In this document: piece after piece, positions 30,818 to 39,764 of the stretch
How the letters are laid out: each line of letters starts with the position of its first letter
Position numbering within the stretch: the first letter of the stretch is position 1
Source of the DNA: an uncultured Methylomirabilota bacterium
GTDB taxonomy: Bacteria; Methylomirabilota; Methylomirabilia; Methylomirabilales; 2-02-FULL-66-22
Length of the DNA stretch: 64,000 nucleotides
Reading direction: 5' to 3'
Assembly (NCBI GenBank): GCA_963705305.1
Contig: OY970067.1
Location: 1,120,001-1,184,000, forward strand
Notes under the pieces: generated by a model
What the model was told of the DNA's origin: nothing
What the model saw: only the letters and a program-made list of their open reading frames with translations
Database searches by the model: none
Position numbers and translations under genes: made by a program

Positions 30818-32275
30818 TCACCCGAACAGCGCCCCCATCGACCGCAGGGCCACCTCCAGGAACTGGGATGGGAACAGGCCGACGATGAGGGTGCCCCCGG
30901 CGGCCACCAGGACCGCCAGTCCCAGCGCGGGGGACAGCCGCGGTGCCGCCGACTCCGCTCCCGCCGGCGACATGTACATGACCACCGTGACCCGCAAGTA
31001 ATAGAAGGCCGAGACCACGCTGTTCAGCACCCCGATGACGGCCAGGCCGATGTAGTTGGCCTGGATGGCCGCCCCGAAGATGTACAGCTTGCCCATGAAC
31101 CCGCCCGTGGGCGGAATGCCCACCAGCGAGAACATGAACAGGGCCATGGCCGCACCCAGAACCGGGTGCGCGAGGCCCAGGCCGGCGTAGTCGTCGATGG
31201 TCACCCGCTCCCCATCCGTGCGGGCCAGCGCCACGATCACGGCGAAGGCCCCCAGGTTCATGAAGCTATAGGCCAGCAGATAGAACAGGACGCTGGCCCC
31301 GCCCAGCCGCCCGCCGGCAACCAGGGCCACCAGGATGTAGCCGGCGTGGGCGATGGAGCTGTAGGCCAGCATCCGCTTGATATTGGACTGCGCGATGGCC
31401 ACCACGTTGCCGACCGTCATGGTCAGGACGGCTAGGACCCAGAGCACCCGCCCCCAGTCCGGGTGGAGAGATGGCAGGGCGGTGAGCAGAATCCGCAGGA
31501 ACGCCGCAAAGGCGGCCGCCTTGGTGCCCGCGATCATGAACGCCGTCACCGAGGTGGGCGCCCCCTCGTAGACATCGGGGGTCCACATGTGGAAGGGGAC
31601 CGCGGCCACCTTGAAGCCGAAGCCGACGATCAGCAGCCCGGCGCCGATGGTCAGGAGGGCGGGGTTGGCCACCTTTCCCCCGGCCAGCGCCGCCGCCACG
31701 CGGGGCAGGTTGGTGCTGCCTGTCGCGCCGTAGACCAGGGCAATGCCGTACAGGACAAAGCCCGACGCGAAGGCCCCCAGCAGGAGGTACTTCAGCGCCG
31801 ACTCATTGGAGCGGAGCTGCTCCCGGAGGAAGCCCACCAGCACGTACAGCGAGATGGAGAGGGTCTCCAGCCCCAGGAAGATGGTCATGAGATCCTGGCT
31901 GCTGGCCATGATCATCATGCCCAGGGTGGCGAACAGGAGCAGGGCCGAATACTCCCCGGGGTCTATCCCTACGCGCGGGAGGTAGGCCACGGACAGGAGC
32001 AGCGTCAGGCCCGCCACCAGCAGGAAGAGGAGGTCGAAAAAGCGGGCGTAGGTATCGACGGCCAGCATCCCGCCGAACAGGGTCTGGGGCGCCCCGCCCT
32101 GCGCCAGGACCGCCAGCGCGGCGGCGGCAATCCCGCCCAGACTCAGGACGACCAGGCCCTCGCGTCGGCCCGGCGCCGTCAGCGGGTCCAGGATCAGCAC
32201 CAGGAGCCCCGTCCCCGTGAGGACGAGGAGAGGCATCATGCCGCCCCACGAAATCAGGGGAAAGCTAACGCCCAT
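30818..32275 (-). CDS. nuoN: NADH-quinone oxidoreductase subunit N (cluster 1)
   Basis: SNESALKYLLLG, FKVAAVPFHMWTPDVYEGAPT, KRMLAYSSIAH. Confidence 0.95.
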   Translation of the reverse strand: MGVSFPLISWGGMMPLLVLTGTGLLVLILDPLTAPGRREGLVVLSLGGIAAAALAVLAQGGAPQTLFGGMLAVDTYARFFDLLFLLVAGLTLLLSVAYLPRVGIDPGEYSALLLFATLGMMIMASSQDLMTIFLGLETLSISLYVLVGFLREQLRSNESALKYLLLGAFASGFVLYGIALVYGATGSTNLPRVAAALAGGKVANPALLTIGAGLLIVGFGFKVAAVPFHMWTPDVYEGAPTSVTAFMIAGTKAAAFAAFLRILLTALPSLHPDWGRVLWVLAVLTMTVGNVVAIAQSNIKRMLAYSSIAHAGYILVALVAGGRLGGASVLFYLLAYSFMNLGAFAVIVALARTDGERVTIDDYAGLGLAHPVLGAAMALFMFSLVGIPPTGGFMGKLYIFGAAIQANYIGLAVIGVLNSVVSAFYYLRVTVVMYMSPAGAESAAPRLSPALGLAVLVAAGGTLIVGLFPSQFLEVALRSMGALFG

Positions 32276-33878
32276 GCGTCACCTCACCCGCTGCCAGCCG
32301 GATCGGGGCCGCAGCCGCCGCGACCCGCCGCGGGGCCGTTTCGTTCGCCCGGGGCGAGGGGGCCAGGGCCGACGGCGGGCCCGGCCGCTCTACGGCGTGG
32401 ACGCGTGTCAAGAGCTGGGTCACCGAGGCCTCCGTGGTTCTCAGGAACGGCCGGGGATAGACGCCGATCCAGACGATGAGCAGAACGACCGGAACCAGGA
32501 CCGCCACCTCCCGCGCCGTCAGGTCGGGCAGGCGGCGGTTGGCTTCGCGAGTCAGCGGCCCAAACATCGTCCGCTGGAACATCCAGAGCATGTACACCGC
32601 CGCCAGGATGACCCCCGACGTCGCCAGGACCGCGTAGACGAGGTGGACTCGGAAGACGCCGACCAGGATCAGGAATTCGCCGACGAAGCCGTTCAGCCCC
32701 GGCAGCCCGATGGAGGAGAGCATCACAATGAGGAAGAAGGCCGTGCAGAGCGGGATCGCCCGGGCCAGACCGCCGAACTCCTCGATCAGGCGCGTGTGCC
32801 TCCGCTCGTAGATCATGCCCACGATCAGGAAGAGCGCGCCCGTGGAGAGGCCGTGGTTGATCATCTGCAGGATCCCGCCCTGCACCCCTTGCGTCGTGAG
32901 GGCGAAGATCCCCAGCATGACGAAGCCCAGGTGGCTGACGGAGCTGTAGGCCACCAGCTTCTTGAGGTCGGGCTGGACCATGGACACCAGGGCGCCGTAG
33001 AGGATACCGATGATGGCCAACCAGGAGAACAGCGGCACGAAAAAGCGCGTGGCCTCCGGGAACAGGGGCAGGGCGAAGCGCAGGAACCCGTAGCTTCCCA
33101 TCTTCAGGAGGACCCCGGCCAGGATCACGGAGCCGGCCGTGGGAGCCTCCACGTGGGCGTCCGGAAGCCAAGTGTGGAACGGAAACATGGGGACCTTGAT
33201 GGCAAAGGCCACGGCGAAAGCCAGAAACAGCCAGACCTGGGTCCGGAATGGCAGGCTCAGGCTGAAGAGCTTGAGCAGCTCGAAGGTGTGCTCGCCGCCC
33301 GGCCGGGCCCCGCTGAGGGCGTACAGGGCGATGATGCCCACCAGCATCAGGACCCCTCCCGCCATGGTGTAGAGGAAGAACTTCAGCGTGGCGTAGATGC
33401 GCCGCGGCCCGCCCCAGATGCCGATCAGGAAGTACATGGGGATCAGCATCCCCTCCCAGAAGATGTAGAAGAGGATCAGGTCCAGGGCCACGAAGACCCC
33501 CAGCATCCCCGTCTCCAGAAGGAGCATGCAGACCATGTACTCCTTCACGGCGGTGGTGATGGCGGAGTAGGAGGACAGGATGGCGATAGCCGTGAGGAAG
33601 GTGGTGAGTAGGACCAGCAGGAGGCTGATCCCATCCACGCCGACGAGGTACTGGATTCCCATGCTGGGGACCCAAGCTGCGCGCTCCACAAACTGCATCC
33701 CCGGCTCGTCAAGCCGGAAGCCGGCGTACAGCCCCAGGGACGCCAGGAAGGTGAGGAGCGAGACCCCGAAGGCCAGGTGCTTAATGGCCGCTTCCCGCCG
33801 CCGGCTCACGCACAGCAGGAGCAGCGCCCCCAGGAGCGGGAGGAAGGTCACAATGGAAATGACGGGGAGGTCGCTCAC
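32265..33878 (-). CDS. nuoM: NADH-quinone oxidoreductase subunit M (cluster 1)
   Basis: GVDGIS, IFWEGMLIP, KVPMFPFHTWLPDAHVEAP, YSSVSH. Confidence 0.95.
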   Translation of the reverse strand: MSDLPVISIVTFLPLLGALLLLCVSRRREAAIKHLAFGVSLLTFLASLGLYAGFRLDEPGMQFVERAAWVPSMGIQYLVGVDGISLLLVLLTTFLTAIAILSSYSAITTAVKEYMVCMLLLETGMLGVFVALDLILFYIFWEGMLIPMYFLIGIWGGPRRIYATLKFFLYTMAGGVLMLVGIIALYALSGARPGGEHTFELLKLFSLSLPFRTQVWLFLAFAVAFAIKVPMFPFHTWLPDAHVEAPTAGSVILAGVLLKMGSYGFLRFALPLFPEATRFFVPLFSWLAIIGILYGALVSMVQPDLKKLVAYSSVSHLGFVMLGIFALTTQGVQGGILQMINHGLSTGALFLIVGMIYERRHTRLIEEFGGLARAIPLCTAFFLIVMLSSIGLPGLNGFVGEFLILVGVFRVHLVYAVLATSGVILAAVYMLWMFQRTMFGPLTREANRRLPDLTAREVAVLVPVVLLIVWIGVYPRPFLRTTEASVTQLLTRVHAVERPGPPSALAPSPRANETAPRRVAAAAAPIRLAAGEVTHGR

Positions 33879-33943
33879 CGGTGCCGATCCCTTTCAGGCG
33901 TCCAGAGCGCCCGCTGCATCGATCGCTCGCACGCCGTTCCCTC

Positions 33944-35845
33944 TCATCCCCAGAAGGCCAGGTAGCCCAGGATGGCCACCACCCCCGCAAGGAAGCTCAG
34001 GACATAGCTCATGACATACCCGGTCTGGATCCGACGCAGCCGCTGGCTGCCGGCCTGCACCAGGTCCCCCAGGCCGTTCACCGAGCCGTCGATCACCGGC
34101 TCGTCCACCTTTCTCCAGAGCCAGAGGGCGCCGCGCCGGATGGGCTCCACGACGGCGGCCTCGTACAGCTCGTCCACCCAGTACTTGTTGAGGAGGAGGC
34201 GATACAGACCCGGCAGCCGCTCCGCCAGGAGGGTCGGCAGCTCCGGGTGCCAGACGTAGAACCGGGTGGCCGTCCAGACCCCCGCCAGCGCGATGGCCAG
34301 GGACAGGAGGGCCATGGGCAGCTGGCCCACGGCGACGACATGGCCCGAGGCCTCCACGGCGGCGAACACCGGAGCCACAAATCGCTGGTAGGAGCCGTGC
34401 TCTGGCGGCACGCCCACGAATCCCGCCAGGGCCGCGAATGCCGCCAGGACAACCAGCGGGATGGTCATGATGCGCGGCGACTCGTGCAGGTGCTGCGCCG
34501 CGGCGCCCCCCACCCGCAGGGGACCCTCGAAGGCCAGGTAGTAGCAGCGCAGCATGTAGAGTGCTGTGAGGAAGACCCCGCCCGCTCCCAGCGCCCAGAC
34601 CAGACCGTGGCCGCCGGCGATGGCCCCGTAGAGGATCTCGTCCTTGGACCAGAAGCCCGCCAGGGGGAAGATGCCGGCGTTGGCCAGGGCGGCGATGAGG
34701 AAGGTCCAGGCGGTCACGGGCATGTGGCGCCGCAGGCCGCCCATCCGGCGGATGTCCTGCTCGCCCCCCAGGACGTGAATCACCGAGCCCGCCCCCAGGA
34801 AGAGCAGGGCCTTGAAAAAGGCGTGGGTCATCAGATGGAAGATGGCCGCGGCGTAGGCTCCGACGCCGCAACCCAGGAACATGTAGCCCAGCTGCGAGAC
34901 GGTGGAGTAGGCGATGATCCGCTTGATGTCCGTCTGCACCAGGGCGATGCTGGCGGCGAAGACGGCCGTGAGCGCCCCCACCCAGGCCACGACCGTGAGC
35001 GACAGGGGGGCCAGGGAGAACAGGGGGGCCGAGCGGGCCACCATGTAGACGCCCGCCGTCACCATGGTGGCGGCGTGGATGAGGGCCGAGACCGGCGTGG
35101 GGCCCTCCATGGCATCCGGCAGCCAGACGTAGAGGGGGAGCTGGGCCGACTTCCCGGTGGCCCCGAGAAAGAACAGCAGCGTGATGGCCGTGACCAGGCC
35201 GCCCCCCACCAGAAACTTCCCGGGGGCCGCCGCGAAGACCTGGTCGTAGCGGAGCGTCCCCAGGCTGGTCCAGAGGAGCATCACCCCCAGGGCGAAACCG
35301 AAGTCCCCCACCCGATTCACGATGAAGGCCTTCTTCCCCGCTGCCGCCGCCGCCGGCCGCTCGAACCAGAACCCGATCAGCAGGTACGAGCAGAGCCCCA
35401 CCGCCTCCCAGAACACGTACAGCAGGAGGTAGTTGTTGGCCAGGACCAGCATCAGCATGGAGAAGGTGAACAGGTTGAGATACACGAAGAAGCGCGGAAA
35501 GTCTCCGTCGTCGTGCATGTAGCCCACGGCGTAGACGTGGATGAGGAAGCCCACCCCAGAGACCACCAGGATCATCACCGCCGCCAGCGGATCCAGCAGC
35601 AGGCCCCAGTCCGCCTGGAAGCCACCCGAACCGATCCAGGGGGCGAGCAACTGCTCCACCCGGCGGGCGCCCTCGGGGAGGCCGGCCAGCTCCCCGGCCG
35701 CCAGCAGGGACGCCAGCAGGGACAGACCCACGGCGCCGCAGGCGATCAGGGCGACAGCCCGCCTGGGCAGCCGCCGGCCGAAGAAGCCGTTGGCCAGAAA
35801 GCCCGCCAGAGGCCAGACGGGAATGAGCCACAGTGCGGTCAGCAT
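33944..35845 (-). CDS. nuoL: NADH-quinone oxidoreductase subunit L (cluster 1)
   Basis: NRVGDFG, GKSAQLPLYVWLPDAMEGPTPVSALIHAATMV, HAFFKALLFL. Confidence 0.95.
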   Translation of the reverse strand: MLTALWLIPVWPLAGFLANGFFGRRLPRRAVALIACGAVGLSLLASLLAAGELAGLPEGARRVEQLLAPWIGSGGFQADWGLLLDPLAAVMILVVSGVGFLIHVYAVGYMHDDGDFPRFFVYLNLFTFSMLMLVLANNYLLLYVFWEAVGLCSYLLIGFWFERPAAAAAGKKAFIVNRVGDFGFALGVMLLWTSLGTLRYDQVFAAAPGKFLVGGGLVTAITLLFFLGATGKSAQLPLYVWLPDAMEGPTPVSALIHAATMVTAGVYMVARSAPLFSLAPLSLTVVAWVGALTAVFAASIALVQTDIKRIIAYSTVSQLGYMFLGCGVGAYAAAIFHLMTHAFFKALLFLGAGSVIHVLGGEQDIRRMGGLRRHMPVTAWTFLIAALANAGIFPLAGFWSKDEILYGAIAGGHGLVWALGAGGVFLTALYMLRCYYLAFEGPLRVGGAAAQHLHESPRIMTIPLVVLAAFAALAGFVGVPPEHGSYQRFVAPVFAAVEASGHVVAVGQLPMALLSLAIALAGVWTATRFYVWHPELPTLLAERLPGLYRLLLNKYWVDELYEAAVVEPIRRGALWLWRKVDEPVIDGSVNGLGDLVQAGSQRLRRIQTGYVMSYVLSFLAGVVAILGYLAFWG

Positions 35846-35863
35846 GCGCAAGGCCGTCTCCGG

Positions 35864-35931
35864 CTCGAGGTTCGAGGTTCTACGTCCTCGGCAGCCAATT
35901 TCGAATTTCGAATTTCCGCTTTCGAATTCCG
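35864..35931. repeat. degenerate tandem heptamer repeats in the nuoK-nuoL spacer
   Basis: ctcgagg ttcgagg ttctacg; aatttcg aatttcg aatttcc gctttcg aattccg. Confidence 0.7.
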
Positions 35932-35935
35932 GCTG

Positions 35936-36241
35936 TCACCACTTCAGCAGGTTCAGCTCCGCCACGTCCACCGTCTCGCGGTTGCGGTAGATGGCCATGA
36001 TGACGGCCAGCCCGACGGCCACCTCCGCCGTCGCCACCGCCATGACGAAGAACACGAAGATCTGCCCGTCCATGGAGTCCAGGAAGCGGGCGAAGGCGAT
36101 GAAGCTCAGATTCACCGCATTCAACATCAGCTCGATGCACATGAAGATGATCAGGGCGTTGCGCCGCGTGGCGACACCCACCACCCCCAGGACGAACAGA
36201 TAGGCGCTCAGGATCAGATAGGCCGCCAGCGGGACTTGCAT
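35936..36241 (-). CDS. nuoK: NADH-quinone oxidoreductase subunit K (cluster 1)
   Basis: [22 protein letters not shown]. Confidence 0.95.
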   Translation of the reverse strand: MQVPLAAYLILSAYLFVLGVVGVATRRNALIIFMCIELMLNAVNLSFIAFARFLDSMDGQIFVFFVMAVATAEVAVGLAVIMAIYRNRETVDVAELNLLKW

Positions 36242-36252
36242 GGGCTACCTCG

Positions 36253-36376
36253 ATGAAAAACGGTCAACCGACAACTGATAATGTGCAATGGCGGGACCAA
36301 GAGCCAGGGACCCTCGGGCGGCTCGCGGCTTGCCCTTCCCTCTTACATTGTCCGTTGTCCGTTTGAAATTTTTCAT
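36253..36376. repeat. imperfect 33-bp AT-rich inverted repeat in the nuoJ-nuoK spacer
   Basis: atgaaaaacggtcaaccgacaactgataatgtg / tacattgtccgttgtccgtttgaaatttttcat. Confidence 0.65.
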
Positions 36377-36385
36377 TGGCCTGCT

Positions 36386-36895
36386 TCAGGTGAGATGCTT
36401 CTTCGCCAGCACGATCGCTCCCACGACGGCCACCAGCAGGATGACGGAGGTGATCTCGAACGGGAACAGGAAGCGCGTGAACAGGAGGCGCCCCACCACC
36501 TCAGTGGTCCCGAATCCGGGGGACAGGGGCGCCGCCGCCTGGGGCTCGGCGGCGAAGCGCCAGGACACCGCCAGGACCAGCTCCACCAGCAGGAGTACCG
36601 CCAGCACGGAGGCCAGCAGGATGCGGCGCAGGTCGTGCGGCGCCCAGGGGACATCCTCGCGGGGCAGGTTCAAAAGCATGATCACGAACAGGAACAGGAC
36701 CATGATGGCGCCGGCGTACACCAGGACCTGGACCGCCCAGACAAAATGGGCGTAGAGCAGGATGTACAGCCCGGATATGGCGCCCATGGTGACGATCAGG
36801 AACAGGGCGCTGTACAGGGCGTGCCGCTGGACCACCACCAGCAGGCCCGCCACGGCCGCCACCAGGGCCAACCCCGCGAATATCACCAGCTCCAT
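36386..36895 (-). CDS. nuoJ: NADH-quinone oxidoreductase subunit J (cluster 1)
   Basis: QVLVYAGAIMVLFLFVIMLL, FPFEITSVILLVA. Confidence 0.95.
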   Translation of the reverse strand: MELVIFAGLALVAAVAGLLVVVQRHALYSALFLIVTMGAISGLYILLYAHFVWAVQVLVYAGAIMVLFLFVIMLLNLPREDVPWAPHDLRRILLASVLAVLLLVELVLAVSWRFAAEPQAAAPLSPGFGTTEVVGRLLFTRFLFPFEITSVILLVAVVGAIVLAKKHLT

Positions 36896-36896
36896 C

Positions 36897-37919
36897 TCAC
36901 CACCCCGCCGCCACCACCGCCGTGGCAATGGTGTTGAGGAGCGCCAGGGGGAGCAGCCGCTTCCAGCCGAAGGTCATCAGCTGATCGTACCGGAACCGCG
37001 GCAGCGTGGCCCGGAACCAGATGAACACGAAGAGCAGGATGAAGACCTTGCCCAGGAACCAGACGGGCGACGGCGCGATGGGGCCCAGCCACCCCCCCAA
37101 AAACAGCGTGGTGGCCATGGCCGACGCGGTGATCATGTTGGCGTACTCGGCCATGAAGAACATGGCGAATTTCATGGAGCTGTACTCGCTGTGGAATCCC
37201 GCCACCAGCTCGGTCTCCGCCTCCGGCAGGTCGAAGGGGGCCCGGTTCGTCTCCGCCAGCGCGCACACGAAGAAGACGAGGAACCCCAGGGGCTGGCTGA
37301 AGACGAACCACTTGGGCACCGGCAGGATGCCCAGCCACCAGGAGACCCCGACCTGCGCCTGCACGATCTCCACCAGGCGGAGCGACCCCACCAGGATCAG
37401 GACGCCCACCACCGACAGGGTCATGGACAGCTCGTAGCTGATCATCTGCGCCGACGAGCGCAGCCCGCCCAGCAGCGAGTACTTGTTGTTGGACGCCCAG
37501 CCCGCCAGGACGATCCCGTAGACTCCCAGCGAGGTCACGCCGAAGACGTAGAGGACCCCCACGTCGATGTCGGTGATGTAGAGCGGCACGGGTTTGGGCA
37601 AGAGTCCGAAGAGCGTCGTGGGGCCGCCCACGGGGATCACCGCGAAGGCGATGAGGGCCGGGATGATGCTCAGGCCGGGCGCCAGGAGGAACAGGATCCG
37701 GTCCACCTGGGACGGGATCAGGTCCTCCTTGAAGAACAGCTTGATCCCGTCGGCGACGGGCTGGAGCAGGCCGAAGGGTCCCACCCGGCTGGGCCCGATT
37801 CGCACCTGGATGTCGGCGATCACCTTGCGCTCCAGCCAGGTCATGTACGCCACGGCCAGGAGCAGGGCGCCGAACACCACGACGATTTTGACCAGCATGA
37901 TCATGACGGTATCGAACAT
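36897..37919 (-). CDS. nuoH: NADH-quinone oxidoreductase subunit H (cluster 1)
   Basis: ERKV..RIGP..GLLQPVADGIK, ETNRAPFDLPEAETELVAG, PRFRYDQLM. Confidence 0.95.
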   Translation of the reverse strand: MFDTVMIMLVKIVVVFGALLLAVAYMTWLERKVIADIQVRIGPSRVGPFGLLQPVADGIKLFFKEDLIPSQVDRILFLLAPGLSIIPALIAFAVIPVGGPTTLFGLLPKPVPLYITDIDVGVLYVFGVTSLGVYGIVLAGWASNNKYSLLGGLRSSAQMISYELSMTLSVVGVLILVGSLRLVEIVQAQVGVSWWLGILPVPKWFVFSQPLGFLVFFVCALAETNRAPFDLPEAETELVAGFHSEYSSMKFAMFFMAEYANMITASAMATTLFLGGWLGPIAPSPVWFLGKVFILLFVFIWFRATLPRFRYDQLMTFGWKRLLPLALLNTIATAVVAAGW

Positions 37920-37927
37920 CTTCGCTC

Positions 37928-39574
37928 TCAGCCTTCGCCCGGCTGTCCCGCGCGTTCCGCCGTCAACGGCACGAGCCCCTGCGGCCCGATGTCCTCCCAG
38001 TGGATGCCGTGGTAAGGTCCGGGCGTGTCCGCGATCTCTTCCCAGACGTGCGCCGGATCGGGATCCCCCAGGTCCCAGCTGAGCTGGCGGGCCAGGTCGC
38101 GCAGGAAGCCGGAAAGGCTATGCGCCGCCCCCAGGGGGGGCAAGGCCCGGCGCAGTCTTTGGATGCGGCCCTGGAAGTTGGTGTAGCTCCCTTCCTGCTC
38201 GGCGAAGCCCAGCGCCGGAACCACGGCGTGGGCCAGCTCGGTCGTCGGCGTGGGGAGCAGGCCGCTCACCACCAAGAGCTCGAGCCGGCCGAGCGCCTCC
38301 CGCACCGGCAGCTCGGGCAGCTCCGCCACCAGATCCTCCTGGAAGACGAACAGTCCCTTGAGCCTCCCGTCCAGCGCGGCCCGGATCATCCCCGGAGTAT
38401 CCAGGCCGTCGGCGCCCGGCAGGATGGCCAGGTCGCGAGCCCCCCGGCTGTTCGGGGTCTTGTCCGTCCGCCGCAGGATCCCATCCTCCGAGCCGTCGGC
38501 CGCCTGGAGCTGGACGGGGCGCACCCGGTGGTCCAGGTGGGGCGCGCATTTTATTTCCTGGAAGAAGCGGCGGGCCAGGAACAGCTCCTCGTTGGTGTGC
38601 CGCGACGAGACGATGCAGCCCATCACCTTGTCCCCGTACAGGGCCACGATCCGCCGCATCTGCCGGGCCAGCCGCTGCACCAGATCCGGATAACGGATCT
38701 CGACCTGCCGCTCCCCCTCCCGCCAGCGCGACAGCCGCAGCCGGGCGGGGTCCTGCAAGGCGCCGAAGGTGAAGCGTCCCTCGTCGCACATCCACCACCG
38801 GTTGACGGCGGGGTTCTCGCGCGGCCGGATGCGCAGCAGCTCTGCCCCGTTCTGGCGATGGCGGACATCCAGGATGACGTTGCAGCCGTTGCTGCAGAGC
38901 GGGCAGACGCTCTCGGTGTGGCGCACCAGGTCCCAGGGTCGGGACTGAAACCGGTACTGCCGGGAGGTGAGCGCCCCCACCGGACACAGGTCGATCACGT
39001 TGCCCGAGTACGGGTTGTCCAGGACCTTGCCGGGGAAGACGTTGATCTCGGAGCGGTCGCCGCGCGAGAAGACCCCCAGCTCTCCCGTCTGCGGCACCTC
39101 GTGGCAGAATCGGATGCAGCGGGTGCACAGGATGCACCGCTCCGCATCGAAGATGATGTGCGGTCCCAGGACCCGGTGCTTGGTGCGCTGCACCTTGTCG
39201 TCGGTAAAGCGGCTCTCCCCCGGGCCGTACCGCAGCGTGTAGTCCTGCAGCGGACACTCCCCCCCTTTGTCGCAGACGGGGCAGTCCAGCGGGTGGTTCA
39301 GCAGGTAGAACTCCAGGACGGCCTTGCGGGCCTTCTCCACTTTGGCCGATCGCGTCGACACCACCATGCCGTCGGCCACCGGGGTGCTGCAGGCGATGGC
39401 CAGCTTGGGCATCTTCTCGACTTCGACCTGGCACATGCGGCACTGCCCCACCACGCTCAGGCCGGGATGGTAGCAGTAGTGCGGGATCTCGATCCCGGCC
39501 ATTTGGGCGGCCTGCAGGATCGTGGTCGATCCCGGCACCTCGATCTCCTTGCCGTCGATGATCAGTCTCGGCAT
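37928..39574 (-). CDS. nuoG: NADH-quinone oxidoreductase subunit G (short, 548 aa)
   Basis: YCYHP..QCRMC..AC, HPLDCPVCDKGGEC, RCILCTRC..LCPVG, CPLCSNGC..MCD. Confidence 0.9.
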   Translation of the reverse strand: MPRLIIDGKEIEVPGSTTILQAAQMAGIEIPHYCYHPGLSVVGQCRMCQVEVEKMPKLAIACSTPVADGMVVSTRSAKVEKARKAVLEFYLLNHPLDCPVCDKGGECPLQDYTLRYGPGESRFTDDKVQRTKHRVLGPHIIFDAERCILCTRCIRFCHEVPQTGELGVFSRGDRSEINVFPGKVLDNPYSGNVIDLCPVGALTSRQYRFQSRPWDLVRHTESVCPLCSNGCNVILDVRHRQNGAELLRIRPRENPAVNRWWMCDEGRFTFGALQDPARLRLSRWREGERQVEIRYPDLVQRLARQMRRIVALYGDKVMGCIVSSRHTNEELFLARRFFQEIKCAPHLDHRVRPVQLQAADGSEDGILRRTDKTPNSRGARDLAILPGADGLDTPGMIRAALDGRLKGLFVFQEDLVAELPELPVREALGRLELLVVSGLLPTPTTELAHAVVPALGFAEQEGSYTNFQGRIQRLRRALPPLGAAHSLSGFLRDLARQLSWDLGDPDPAHVWEEIADTPGPYHGIHWEDIGPQGLVPLTAERAGQPGEG

Positions 39575-39611
39575 CGCCCTATCCTGAACGCGCCCAATCT
39601 CTTTCCCCTAG

Positions 39612-39764
39612 CAGGATGCTGAAAAACCAGTCTTCGCTCAGGCTGCTCAAAAAGGCCCAGGTGCAAGGCGCCACGTAATCCGAGGCGCGAGGCGTACTTA
39701 GCGCGTACGCCGCAGCGCCGCGGGAGCGGGGCAACGCTGCAGATGGGACTTTTTCAGCAGCCTG
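39612..39764. mobile_element. MITE/REP-like element copy D (minimal form) between nuoF and nuoG
   Basis: CTAG|caggatgctgaaaaa ... tttttcagcagcctg|CTAG; 15-bp terminal inverted repeat with 4-bp direct flanks. Confidence 0.85.

Noticed and set aside
34930..35160. Near-identical DNA stretches between the two nuoL paralogs
   Set aside because: They coincide with the most conserved protein motifs and can be explained by strong GC3 bias. Gene conversion cannot be shown by eye.
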